From: Planktothrix pseudagardhii
GTDB taxonomy: Bacteria > Cyanobacteriota > Cyanobacteriia > Cyanobacteriales > Microcoleaceae
Direction: 5' to 3'
Length of the DNA: 64,000 nucleotides
NCBI RefSeq assembly: GCF_904830925.1
Contig: NZ_LR882967.1
Location: 3,298,106-3,362,105 of the forward strand
Position numbers and translations under genes: made by a program. Positions 1 through 11,300 of the stretch are shown here, piece by piece (positions within the stretch are counted from its first letter, which is position 1; each line of letters starts with the position of its first letter). The notes beneath the pieces are model-generated. The model searched no databases. It was not told where the DNA came from and saw nothing but the letters and a program-made list of their open reading frames with translations.

Positions 1-1
1 T

Positions 2-449
2 GTCACCAGTTTAAGCAATGCAAGTGACGGAACTTGGCAGTTTTCTAACGATAATGGCAACAATTGGACAACATTTGGGGCAGTAACAGACAGTTCAGCG
101 ACTCTTTTAAGTAATACAGCCTTAGTTCGATTTGTTCCAAATGCCAACTTTAACGGTAATGTCAGCCTCACTTATCGAGGATGGGATGGCACCAGTGGCA
201 GCAATGGACAAACGGGTGTGAATGTCAGCACCAATGGAGGAATAACAGCTTTTAGTACCGCCACAGCTACCTCTAATTTAAGTATTACTAATATTAACGA
301 CGCTCCTACAGGAACAGTTAGTATTACAGGAACAGCAACACAAAACCAAATTTTAACCGCCACCAATACCTTAGCGGATGCAGATGGTTTAGGAACATTA
401 AATTATCAATGGCAAGAGTCAGGCGATAATGGAGTCAACTGGACAGATA
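2..449 (+). pseudogene. Upstream in-window portion of the giant VCBS/RTX adhesin gene. It enters from before the window and is split from its continuation by an IS630-family insertion.
   Basis: The open frame runs from position 2 and encodes the same GTWQ..NGxxWT / NDAPTGTVSITGTATQNQILTATNTLADADGLGTLNYQWQ repeat sequence as the 1638-11363 ORF. The frame is broken exactly at a TA dinucleotide, where the IS begins. Joining 449 to 1639 restores ...NWTD|ISGATNN..., which matches the internal repeat consensus. Confidence 0.7.
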
Positions 450-1636
450 AGCTGTTGTGTATTTAAACTGTGATTATAGCATTACCTTTGTTTTTAAGTT
501 TACGTCCCCATTTAATAGATAACTGTCCTTCATTTAAAAGCTGATGTAATAAACACTCTAGCTCATCAACTGATTTAAAGAGTCGATGAGCTATATATTC
601 TTTAGCTGAATGCCAGACTAATTCAATTAAATTATAATCTGGACTATATGCTGGAAGAAATTCTAAATAGACATTCGGCATTTCTGCTTTAATTTTTTCT
701 AGGTACTCTTCTTTTTTGTGAAAACTTGCATTGTCAAGAATAATCAGGATCTTAGCTCCTTTTTCTACAAATTCTTCTGCTTGATTTCCCGCTAATACCC
801 ATTCATAAATTAGCTCTTGATAAAAACTTTTTAACACTTGATAAAAATTATCTGCATTTCCTTTATCCAGAAATTCTACAAATCTTTTTTTATCCGAGTA
901 CCTCAATCCTCCCATCACATTAACTCTTCCTTTCCTCCTGTCTCCTCTAATCTGTTTCCTCTTCCCTTTTTTACACCAATTCTTTCTTTTTATCACTCTT
1001 AAATTAAATCCACTTTCATCCCAAAACCATACCTGTAATTGTTCTGGACTTTCTTTTGCTATTTTCAAATATTCTTCTATTTTATCTTTAAATAATTTTC
1101 TTTTTTCTGGATCTCTTTTCTCTTCTAAGCTATACTTTGCCCACAAATAAACATACTTTTTTTCCTTTAATATCTTTCTCACTTGTGAACTACTTAATTT
1201 GATTCCTGTGATTTGTTCTAAATAAGTTGCCAATCTTTCTCCTGTCCATCTCCCAAATTCATATCCTAATTCTTCCGGTTCTTTTTCTACTGTTTCTAAT
1301 AATATCTCTATATATTTGTCTGTGGCTTTTCTATAATTTCCTTTCATTCTTTCATCTTTTAGGCTTTCTAATTTGTCAGGGTCTCCATGTACACACCAAT
1401 AACATACTTTGTTTAATGAGCAGCCCAAAAACTTGGCAATTTCACTTTGCTTTTTACCATCATTTAGCAATAATAAAATCAAGATTCTTTCTCGGATTTG
1501 TCCATTTTCTTCCTCTTTCAATCTTTTCTGTAGTTTCTCTACTTGCTTTTCATTTAAATGATTTTTAGCAGGCATCTTTTGATTGATTTTTCTAAACTTG
1601 GTTTTTCATTATACCCTATTTAGATGCTTAACAGCT
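450..1636 (-). mobile_element. IS630-family (Tc1/mariner-like) insertion sequence, about 1.19 kb, flanked by a TA target-site duplication.
   Basis: A single transposase ORF fills the element. Its ends are imperfect inverted repeats (AGCTGTTGTGTAT... and ...AGCATCTAAGCAGCT-like, sharing the AGCTGTT terminus). A TA lies directly on each side, at 448-449 and 1637-1638. Removing the element and one TA restores the adhesin reading frame. Confidence 0.85.
463..1575 (-). CDS. IS630-family DDE transposase (370 aa).
   Basis: The N-terminus has a helix-turn-helix region (KQSEIAKFLGCSLNKVCYW). The C-terminal DDE-type domain carries IS630/Tc1 hallmarks (WFWDESGFNL ... ILDNASFHK ... YSPDYNLIELVW). Size and organisation are typical of the family. 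Confidence 0.85.
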   Translation of the reverse strand: MPAKNHLNEKQVEKLQKRLKEEENGQIRERILILLLLNDGKKQSEIAKFLGCSLNKVCYWCVHGDPDKLESLKDERMKGNYRKATDKYIEILLETVEKEPEELGYEFGRWTGERLATYLEQITGIKLSSSQVRKILKEKKYVYLWAKYSLEEKRDPEKRKLFKDKIEEYLKIAKESPEQLQVWFWDESGFNLRVIKRKNWCKKGKRKQIRGDRRKGRVNVMGGLRYSDKKRFVEFLDKGNADNFYQVLKSFYQELIYEWVLAGNQAEEFVEKGAKILIILDNASFHKKEEYLEKIKAEMPNVYLEFLPAYSPDYNLIELVWHSAKEYIAHRLFKSVDELECLLHQLLNEGQLSIKWGRKLKNKGNAIITV

Positions 1637-1637
1637 T

Positions 1638-4600
1638 ATTAGTGGAGCGACTAATAATACTTTGACCTTATCTCAAACACAAGTGGGGAAAACGGTACAA
1701 GTAAAAGTTAGTTATACTGACCTATTAGGAACAGCAGAAACAGTTAATAGTAGTCCAACTGCTGTAGTTACTAATATTAACGACGCTCCTACAGGAACAG
1801 TTAGTATTACAGGAACAGCAACACAAAACCAAATTTTAACCGCCACAAATACCTTAGCAGATGTTGATGGTTTAGGAACATTAAATTATCAATGGCAACA
1901 GTCAGCAGATAATGGAGTCACCTGGACTAATATTAGTGGAGCGACTAATAATACTTTCACCTTATCTCAAGCACAAGTTGGGAAAAAGGTACAAGTAAAA
2001 GTTAGTTATACTGACTTATTAGGAACAGCAGAAACAGTTAATAGTAGTCCAACTGCTGTAGTTACTAATGTTAACGACTTACCGACAGGTAATGTTAGTA
2101 TTACAGGAACAGCAACACAAAACCAAATTTTAACCGCCACCAATACTTTAGCGGATGTTGATGGTTTAGGAACGTTTAATTATCAATGGCAAGAGTCCTC
2201 AGATAATGGAGTCACCTGGACTAATATTAGTGGAGCGACTAATAATACTTTCACCTTATCTCAAGCACAAGTTGGGAAAAAGGTACAGGTAAAAGTTAGT
2301 TATACAGACCTATTAGGAACAGCAGAAACGGTTAATAGTAGTTCGACTTCTGTGATTTCTGGACTTTTGAATAATGCTCCTACAGGAACAGTTAATATTG
2401 CGGGTACAGCAAAACAAAATCAAACCTTAACGGCAACCAATACCTTAGCAGATGCAGATGGTTTAGGAACGTTTAATTATCAATGGCAAGAGTCCTCAGA
2501 TAATGGAGTCACCTGGACTAATATTAGTGGAGCGACTAATAATACGTTCACCTTATCTCAAGCACAAGTAGGGAAAACGGTACAAGTAAAAGTTAGTTAT
2601 ACAGACCTATTAGGAACAGCAGAAACGGTTAATAGTAGTCCAACTTCTGTGGTTACTAATATTAACGACGCTCCTACAGGAACAGTTAATATTACAGGAA
2701 CAGCGACACAAAACCAAATTTTAACGGCAACCAATACCTTAGCAGATGCAGATGGTTTAGGAACATTAAATTATCAATGGCAAGAGTCATCAGATAATGG
2801 AGTCACCTGGACTAATATTAGTGGAGCGACTAATAATACTTTTACCTTATCTCAAGCACAAGTTGGGAAAACGGTACAAGTAAAAGTTAGTTATACAGAC
2901 CTATTAGGAACAGCAGAAACAGTTAATAGTAGTTCGACTTCTGTGGTTTCTGGACTTTTGAATAATGCTCCTACAGGAACAGTTAATATTGCGGGTACAG
3001 CAACACAAAACCAAATTTTAACGGCAACCAATACCTTAGCAGATGTTGATGGTTTAGGAACGTTTAATTATCAATGGCAAGAGTCAGCCGATAATGGAGT
3101 CACCTGGACTAATATTAGTGGCGCGACTAATAATACTTTTGCCTTATCTCAAACACAAGTTGGGAAAAAGGTACAAGTAAAAGTTAGTTATACTGACCTA
3201 TTAGGGACAGCAGAAACAGTTAATAGTTCACCTACAACTACCGTTACTAATGTTAACGACTTACCCACAGGTAATGTTAGTATTACAGGAACAGCGACAC
3301 AAAACCAAATTTTAACGGCAACCAATACCTTAGCAGATGTTGATGGTTTAGGAACATTAAATTATCAATGGCAAGAGTCAGGCGATAATGGAGTCACCTG
3401 GACGAATATTAATGGAGCGACTAATAATACTTTCACCTTATCTCAAACACAAGTAGGGAAAAAGGTACAGGTCAAAGTTAGTTATACTGACCTATTAGGA
3501 ACAGCAGAAACAGTTAATAGTAGTCCGACTTCTGTGGTTACTAATATTAACGACGCTCCTACAGGAACAGTTAATATTACAGGAACAGCAACACAAAACC
3601 AAATTTTAACCGCAACCAATACCTTAGCAGATGCAGATGGTTTAGGAACATTAAATTATCAATGGCAAGAGTCAGCCGATAATGGAGTTACCTGGACAGA
3701 TATTAGTGGAGCAACTAATAATACTTTTGCCTTATCTCAAGCACAAGTTGGGAAAAAAGTACAGGTCAAAGTTAGTTATACCGATGGACAAGGGACAGTA
3801 GAAACTGTTAATAGTAGTCCGACTTCTGTGGTTACTAATATTAACGACGCTCCTACAGGAACAGTTAATATTACAGGAACAGCAACACAAAACCAAATTT
3901 TAACCGCAACCAATACCTTAGCAGATGCAGATGGTTTAGGAACATTAAATTATCAATGGCAAGAGTCAGCCGATAATGGAGTTACCTGGACAGATATTAG
4001 TGGAGCAACTAATAATACTTTTGCCTTATCTCAAGCACAAGTGGGGAAAAAGGTACAGGTCAAAGTTAGTTATACAGACCTATTAGGAACAGCAGAAACG
4101 GTTAATAGTTCACCTACAACTACCGTTACTAATGTTAACGACTTACCCACAGGTAATGTTAGTATTACAGGAACAGCAACCCAAAACCAAATTTTAACCG
4201 CCACTAATACCTTAGCGGATGCAGATGGTTTAGGAACATTAAATTATCAATGGCAAGAGTCAGCCGATAATGGAGTCACCTGGACTAATATTAGTGGAGC
4301 GACTAATAATACGTTTACCTTATCTCAAACACAAGTGGGGAAAAAGGTACAGGTCAAAGTTAGTTATACTGACCTATTAGGGACAGCAGAAACGGTTAAT
4401 AGTAGTCCGACTTCTGTGGTTACTAATATTAACGACGCTCCTACAGGAACAGTTAATATTACAGGAACAGCGACACAAAACCAAATTTTAACGGCAACCA
4501 ATACCTTAGCAGATGCAGATGGTTTAGGTACTTTTAATTATCAATGGCAACAGTCATCTGATAATGGAGTCACCTGGACTAATATTAGTGGAGCGACTAA

Positions 4601-5300
4601 TAATACTTTGACCTTATCTCAAACCCAAGTGGGGAAAAAGGTACAGGTCAAAGTTAGTTATACTGACCTATTAGGGACAGCAGAAACGGTTAATAGTAGT
4701 CCGACTTCTGTGGTTACTAATATTAACGACGCTCCTACAGGAACAGTTAATATTACAGGAACAGCGACCCAAAATCAAACCTTAACCGCCACAAATACCT
4801 TAGCAGATGCAGATGGTTTAGGTACTTTTAATTATCAATGGCAACAGTCAGCCGATAATGGAGTCACCTGGACTAATATTAGTGGAGCGACTAATAATAC
4901 GTTCACCTTATCTCAAACACAAGTTGGGAAAAAGGTACAAGTAAAAGTTAGTTATACAGACCTATTAGGAACAGCAGAAACGGTTAATAGTTCACCTACA
5001 ACTACCGTTACTAATGTTAACGACTTACCCACAGGTAATGTTAGTATTACAGGGACAGCAAAACAAAATCAAACCTTAACGGCAACAAATACCTTAGCAG
5101 ATGTTGATGGTTTAGGAACATTAAATTATCAATGGCAACAGTCAGCCGATAATGGAGTCACCTGGACTAATATTAGTGGAGCGACTAATAATACGTTCAC
5201 CTTATCTCAAACACAAGTGGGGAAAAAGGTACAGGTCAAAGTTAGTTATACAGACCTATTAGGAACACAAGAAACGGTTAATAGTACACCCACAGCTACC
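1638..5300 (+). repeat. Array of about 12 near-identical 297-bp (99-aa) tandem repeats (VCBS-like adhesion repeat). Two more copies lie upstream of the IS.
   Basis: The motif GTTACTAATATTAACGACGCTCCTACAGG recurs every 297 bp (for example 1780 and 2077). The protein consensus is NDAPTGTVNITGTATQNQILTATNTLADADGLGTLNYQWQESADNGVTWTNISGATNNTFTLSQAQVGKKVQVKVSYTDLLGTAETVNSSPTSVVTNI. Confidence 0.85.
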
Positions 5301-8300
5301 GTTACTAATGTCACTGCCGTTAACCATGCTCCCGTATTAGATAATACCAACTTCACCTATAGCCTCACCCCTATTAACGAAGATGACAGCAACTCCAGTG
5401 GGGATACTGTCGGGAATCTTATTCCTCCACCTTTAGGTATCAAAGAAAACACCAACGTCTCCCTCCCCGGTGTTTACAGAAGTTCCGTCACCACAGCCGA
5501 CTTTGACAAAGATGGGGACACCGACATCCTACTCACGGGCAAAGATGGTTTTAATAACCGCATCAGCAAAATCTATAGCAACAATGGCAGTGGCGGTTTT
5601 AGCGAAAACACCAACATCTCCCTCACCGGTGTTTACAGAAGTTCCGTTACCACAGCCGACTTTGACAAAGATGGGTACACCGACATCCTGCTCACGGGCT
5701 CCTCTAGTTCTGGCCCCATCAGCAAAATCTATAGCAACAACGGCAGTGGCGGTTTTAGCGAAAACACCAACATCTCCCTCACCGGTGTTATATGGAGTTC
5801 CGTCGCCACCGCTGACTTCGACAATGATGGGGACACCGACATCCTGCTCACGGGCCAGGATGGTTCTGATAACCCCATCAGCAAAATCTATAGCAACAAC
5901 GGCAGTGGCGGTTTTAGCCTCAACACCAACGTCTCCCTCACGGGTGTTCGCTATAGTTCCGTCACCACCGCCGACTTTGACAAAGATGGGGACACCGATA
6001 TCCTGCTCACGGGCCGGGATAGTTCTAAGAAACCCATCAGCCAAATCTATAGCAACAACGGCAGTGGCGGTTTTAGCGAAAACACTAAGGTCTCCCTCAT
6101 CGGTGTTGACAGAAGTTCCGTCACCACCGCCGACTTTGACTCTGATGGGGACACCGACATCCTACTCACGGGCTACGCTGGTTATAATAACCCCATCAGC
6201 CAAATCTATAGCAACAACGGCAGTGGCGGTTTTAGCGAAAACACCAACATCTCCCTCACCGGTGTTTACAGAAGTTCCGTCACCACAGCCGACTTTGACA
6301 AAGATGGGTACACCGACATCCTGCTCACGGGCTTGGATGGTTATGGCCCCATCAGCCAAATCTATAGCAACAACGGCAGTGGCGGTTTTAGCCTCAACAC
6401 CAACGTCTCCCTCACGGGTGTTCGCTATAGTTCCGTCACCACCGCCGACTTTGACAAAGATGGGGACACCGACATCCTGCTCACGGGCAAGGATAGTTCT
6501 AGTAACCCCATCAGCAAAATCTATAACCATCTTTTCCCGATATCCGATGTAGACACCACCACCATCACCGAAGCCATTGCTATCACTGCTGCCGACAATA
6601 ACGGCACCTGGCAATATTCCACCGACAACGGCACAACCTGGACAAACTTCCCCGTTGTCAGCAACAGTAACGCCCTATTATTAGATCCGAGTAACAAAGT
6701 CCGCTTCCAACCCAACGCTGACTACAACGGGACTATTACCACTGCCCTCACCTTCCGCGCCTGGGATCAGTCCACAGGTACAGCCGGAACTACAGCCGAC
6801 ACTCGCATTAACGGCGGTACAACAGCCTTTAGCACCAACACCGCCACCGCCTCCATTGTGGTAACAGCCTTTAACAATACTCCCACTGCCACGGACAAAA
6901 CCCTAACCGTTAACGAAGACAACAACTACACCTTTACGACGGCGGACTTCGGTTTCAGTGATGTAGACACCACAGATACCCTAGCATCAATAAAAATCAC
7001 CCAACTGCCCACAGTGGGGACATTACAACTGAATGGCACTGCTGTTGCAGCTAACCAAGTGATCTCTGCTGTTGATATTCCCAGCTTAGTCTTCACCCCA
7101 GTTGCTAATGCTAACGGTAGCAGTTATGCCAACTTCAAGTTCACCGTTAATGACGGCATTATTGATAGTGTGGCAGCTAATACAATTACTATTGATGTTA
7201 CTGCCGTTAATGATATCCCTGTATTAAATACAGCTATTACCGCCCAGACCGCCAATCCAGATAGCAATTTCAATCTGAATATTGTTAATAACTTTAGCGA
7301 TATTGATGCAGGGGATAGTTTAACCTATAGCGCCACCTTAGCGGATGGTACAACCTTACCCAGTTGGTTAACTTTCAACACCACAACCGGAACATTTACC
7401 GGAAAACCCACTAATGCAGATCTCGGTAATCTTACTATCAAAGTTACAGCTAAAGATAGTAGTAATACTACAGTTGAAAACAGTTTCCAACTGACGGTTA
7501 ATAATACCAATACTCCGCCCACAGCCGCCAACAAAACCCTAACCGTTAACGAAGACAACAACTACACCTTTACGACGGCGGACTTCGGTTTCAGTGATGT
7601 AGACACCACAGATACCCTAGCATCAATAAAAATCACCCAACTGCCCACAGTGGGGACATTACAACTGAATGGCACTGCTGTTACAGCTAACCAAGTGATC
7701 ACTGCTGCTGATATTCCCAGCTTAGTCTTCACCCCAGTTGCCAATGCTAACGGTAGCAGTTATGCCAACTTCAAGTTCACCGTTAATGACGGCATTATTG
7801 ATAGTGTGACAGCTAATACAATTACTATTAATGTTATTGCCGTTAATGACTTACCCACAGGGAATATTAGTATTACAGGAACAGCCGAACAAAACCAAAT
7901 TTTAACGGCAACAAATACCTTAGCGGATGCAGATGGTTTAGGAACGTTTAATTATCAATGGCAAGAGTCAGCAGATAATGGAGTCACCTGGACTAATATT
8001 AGTGGAGCAACTAATAATACGTTTACCTTATCTCAAACCCAAGTAGGGAAAAAGGTACAGGTAAAAGTTAGTTATACCGATGGACAAGGAACCAAAGAAA
8101 CCGTTAATAGTAACCCAACCAATGCAGTCCTTTTGGGGGATATTATCGTCACCAAAGACACAGATAACGGTAAGGGAGATACCGAAGGAACTCTGAGTTG
8201 GGCGATAGACAGAGCCAATAAGAGCCCTGGAGCCGATACCATCAAACTCAATACCGATGTGCGTCTGAATTTTGGCGACGATGTGATACGGATGTGGAGT

Positions 8301-11300
8301 TTGATTGATAGCGATATGACTGTTGATGGGCAAGGACATACCATCAATGGGGATAATAATAATGATGGTACTGCGGATCAAGATGACCGTCCGATTTTCT
8401 TTGTCAAATCAGGGAATGTGAAATTTAAGAACCTGACCCTGAAAAACGCAGTTGCTAAGGGAGGCGATGGCTATAACTCCGGTGGTGGTGCGGGGATGGG
8501 AGGGGCACTGTTTATTTATCAAGGGAATGTCACGGTTGATGGGGTGAAGTTTGAGGGGAATGAAGCTAGAGGTGGTAATGGTACAGGGGGCAACGAGCAG
8601 TTTGGTGGTGGAATTGGGTTGCAGAAGATAGCAGCTAACAACGGTAGCAATGGTGGCTACGGTAGGAAGGGCATCAACGGCAGGAACGGCGAATGGGGCG
8701 ACAACGGCGGCAACGGCGGCGAAGGCGGCTGGGGCGGCTGGGGCGGCAGTGGCGGCAAAGGCGGCGAAGGCGGCAGAGGCGGCATCGGCGGCGACGATGC
8801 CATCGTCGGCATCGGCGGCAGTGGCGGCAAAGGCGGCGAAGGCGGCAGTGGCGGCTTCGGCGGCAGAGGCGGCTTCGGCGGCAAAGGTGGCAGAGGCGGC
8901 ATCGGCGGCAGAGAGGGCATCAGCGGCGTTGAAGGCACCGGCGGCCTTGGCGGCAGAGGCGGCTTCGGCAGCGGCGGCGGCAATGGCGGCAGTGGCGGCA
9001 TCGGCAGCGACGGCAGTGGCGGCTTGAGCAACTACGGCGGCAGAGGCGGCTTCGGCGGCGGCAGTGGCGGCATCGGTGGCAGCGACCTCATCTTTGGCGG
9101 TGCAGGGATGGGAGGAGCGATTTTTGTCCGGGAAGGCAACCTCACCATCACAGGCTCCAGTTTCTCAAATTCCAGAGCCGTTGGAGGATCAGGAACTGAC
9201 GATCGTGTCACCTCCGATGATGGACAAGGGTTTGGAGGAGCTATATTTGCCATCACCCAAGCAACGATAGATGCTCAGAAGGCGATTAATGACCAAGGTT
9301 TACCCACCTCACCCCCAACCGTCACCATTAGCAGTGACACCACCTTCTCAGGGAACTATGCCTTCAATGCAGCCACCAAAACTCAAGACTTTCAAGGAAC
9401 TAACCTTAACACTTATGCTGTGTTCAGTGGCGATATTAAAGTTGCCACCCCCGCAGCTATCTCCCAAACCATCAAAGCCAAAGCTTTAGATGGCCCCATC
9501 TCTGGAGCCACAGCCTTCCTAGACACCAACTTCAACCGCACCCAAGATAGCGATGAACCTGGTGCAACCACAGATGCTGCGGGTAATTTCACCCTGGAGA
9601 TTGCGGGTAACTTCGACCTCAACAGCAATGGCACTCTCGACTTCGATGAAGGGGAATATGTGGTCGTCGGTGGCACCGATGCCATTACCGGACAAGCCTT
9701 TACAGGCACACTGCGGGCAGTTCCCGGTTCTACGGTAGTTACCCCTCTAACGACTTTAATTTCTACCCTCGTCGATACAGGACTCACCCCAGAAGCATCC
9801 GAAACCCAAGTCAAAACTGCTTTGGGACTCCCCAGCACCATTAATTTAGCCACCTTTGATGCCATCGCAGCCGCCCAAGCGGGTTCTCCTGAAGGTTTAG
9901 CGGTGTTAGCGGCACAAGTGGCAGTGCAAACCCTGATTAGTCAAATCAGTAACTCCCTGCAAACGGTTATCGGTGTTAGCAGTAATAGCTTAGATGCTCA
10001 GGTGACTGGGAATCTAGCCCAACTCCTGCAAAGTGGCAGTTTCAATCTCAGTGATAGCACAGCGATTCAAACTTTGATTACTAACACAGTTGGTAATATA
10101 AACAGTTTATTAGCAGAGGTAGACCCAGCAGACAACACTATTAACCTAGAGGCGATTACCAACAATGCGGCTCAATTATCCCAAGTGATTGCCGCCAGTA
10201 ACCAGCAAATCCTGACCTCCACCACCACTGATGGCATCTTCCAAGCCCAAAAAGTCGCCCAAACCAGCGTCACAGAAGATTTAAGTGCCGCCTTCAGTGG
10301 TACAAAATCCTTTGACGAAGTCGTAGCTGAGAATACTGGAGAAGCCCTAACCACTCAAATTGCTACCACCACCATCGATACTTCTGTTATTGACCAACCC
10401 CCAACAGATCCCAACAACCCAGACACAGGAGGAACCATCATTGATAACGGTAACATTGACCCGAATCAAGAGGTTATTAATAGTAGCACCGTTGGGTTAA
10501 TAAATTCCGTTAATCCCACAACTCCAACTCCCTCAACTCCCACCCCAAAAACAACAAATCCCTCATCCCTGAGCGACCCCATCGAACAATTTATCGCTCG
10601 GAAAAATCTAACCTCCATTCCCACCAGTAACCCCCCCGATGACCTGCTCTTAGGAGATGAGCGTCCCAACTCCCTCAGTGGTGGTATCGGTCAAGATACC
10701 CTACTCGGTTATGGTGAAGTTGATTTCCTCTCAGGAAACCTAGGTCAAGATGTGATTTATGGTTTCCTTGGAAACGACCTAATTTATGGTGGAGCCGATG
10801 AAGACTGGGTGGGAGGCGGTAAAGACAATGACCTGATTTTCGGAGGTTTAGGAAACGATACCCTCAGTGGCGATTTAGGCAATGATACCGTATTAGGAGA
10901 AGTTGGAAACGACCTGTTAGTTGGTCATACTGGAGAAGATCTGTTGTCAGGAGGTACAGGGAACGATAACCTTTACGGTGGCGACGATAACGATCTGATT
11001 CATGGCGGTCAAGGCGACGATTTTGTAGATGGAAGTAACGGCGATGATTTAGTCACAGGAGATTTAGGCAATGATACCCTTAATGGTGGAGTCGGAACAG
11101 ATTCCCTCATTGGCGGTCAAGGAGCCGATATCTTTATGTTAAATCCGGGTGAAAATGGTGATTTTATCCTAGATTTTGTTGGAGGTAAGGATCTGTTAAA
11201 ATTGACGCAAAATTATAATTTTAATCAGCTTACCATCCTTCAAGGGAGTGGAACTCAAGCCGGAAATACCTTGATTCAAGTCGCAGCCAATAATGAACTT

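Noticed and set aside
5470-6715. Long alternative-frame and antisense ORFs (360 aa, 171 aa, 150 aa) inside the adhesin FG-GAP region.
   Set aside because: They are repeat-driven artefacts. Their periodicity mirrors the 160-bp FG-GAP repeat and they lie wholly within a strongly supported coding frame.
8650-9490. Pro-rich, Arg-rich and Ala-rich ORFs on both strands.
   Set aside because: They are translations of the (GGC)n-rich glycine-repeat block in wrong frames. They have no independent start or context.
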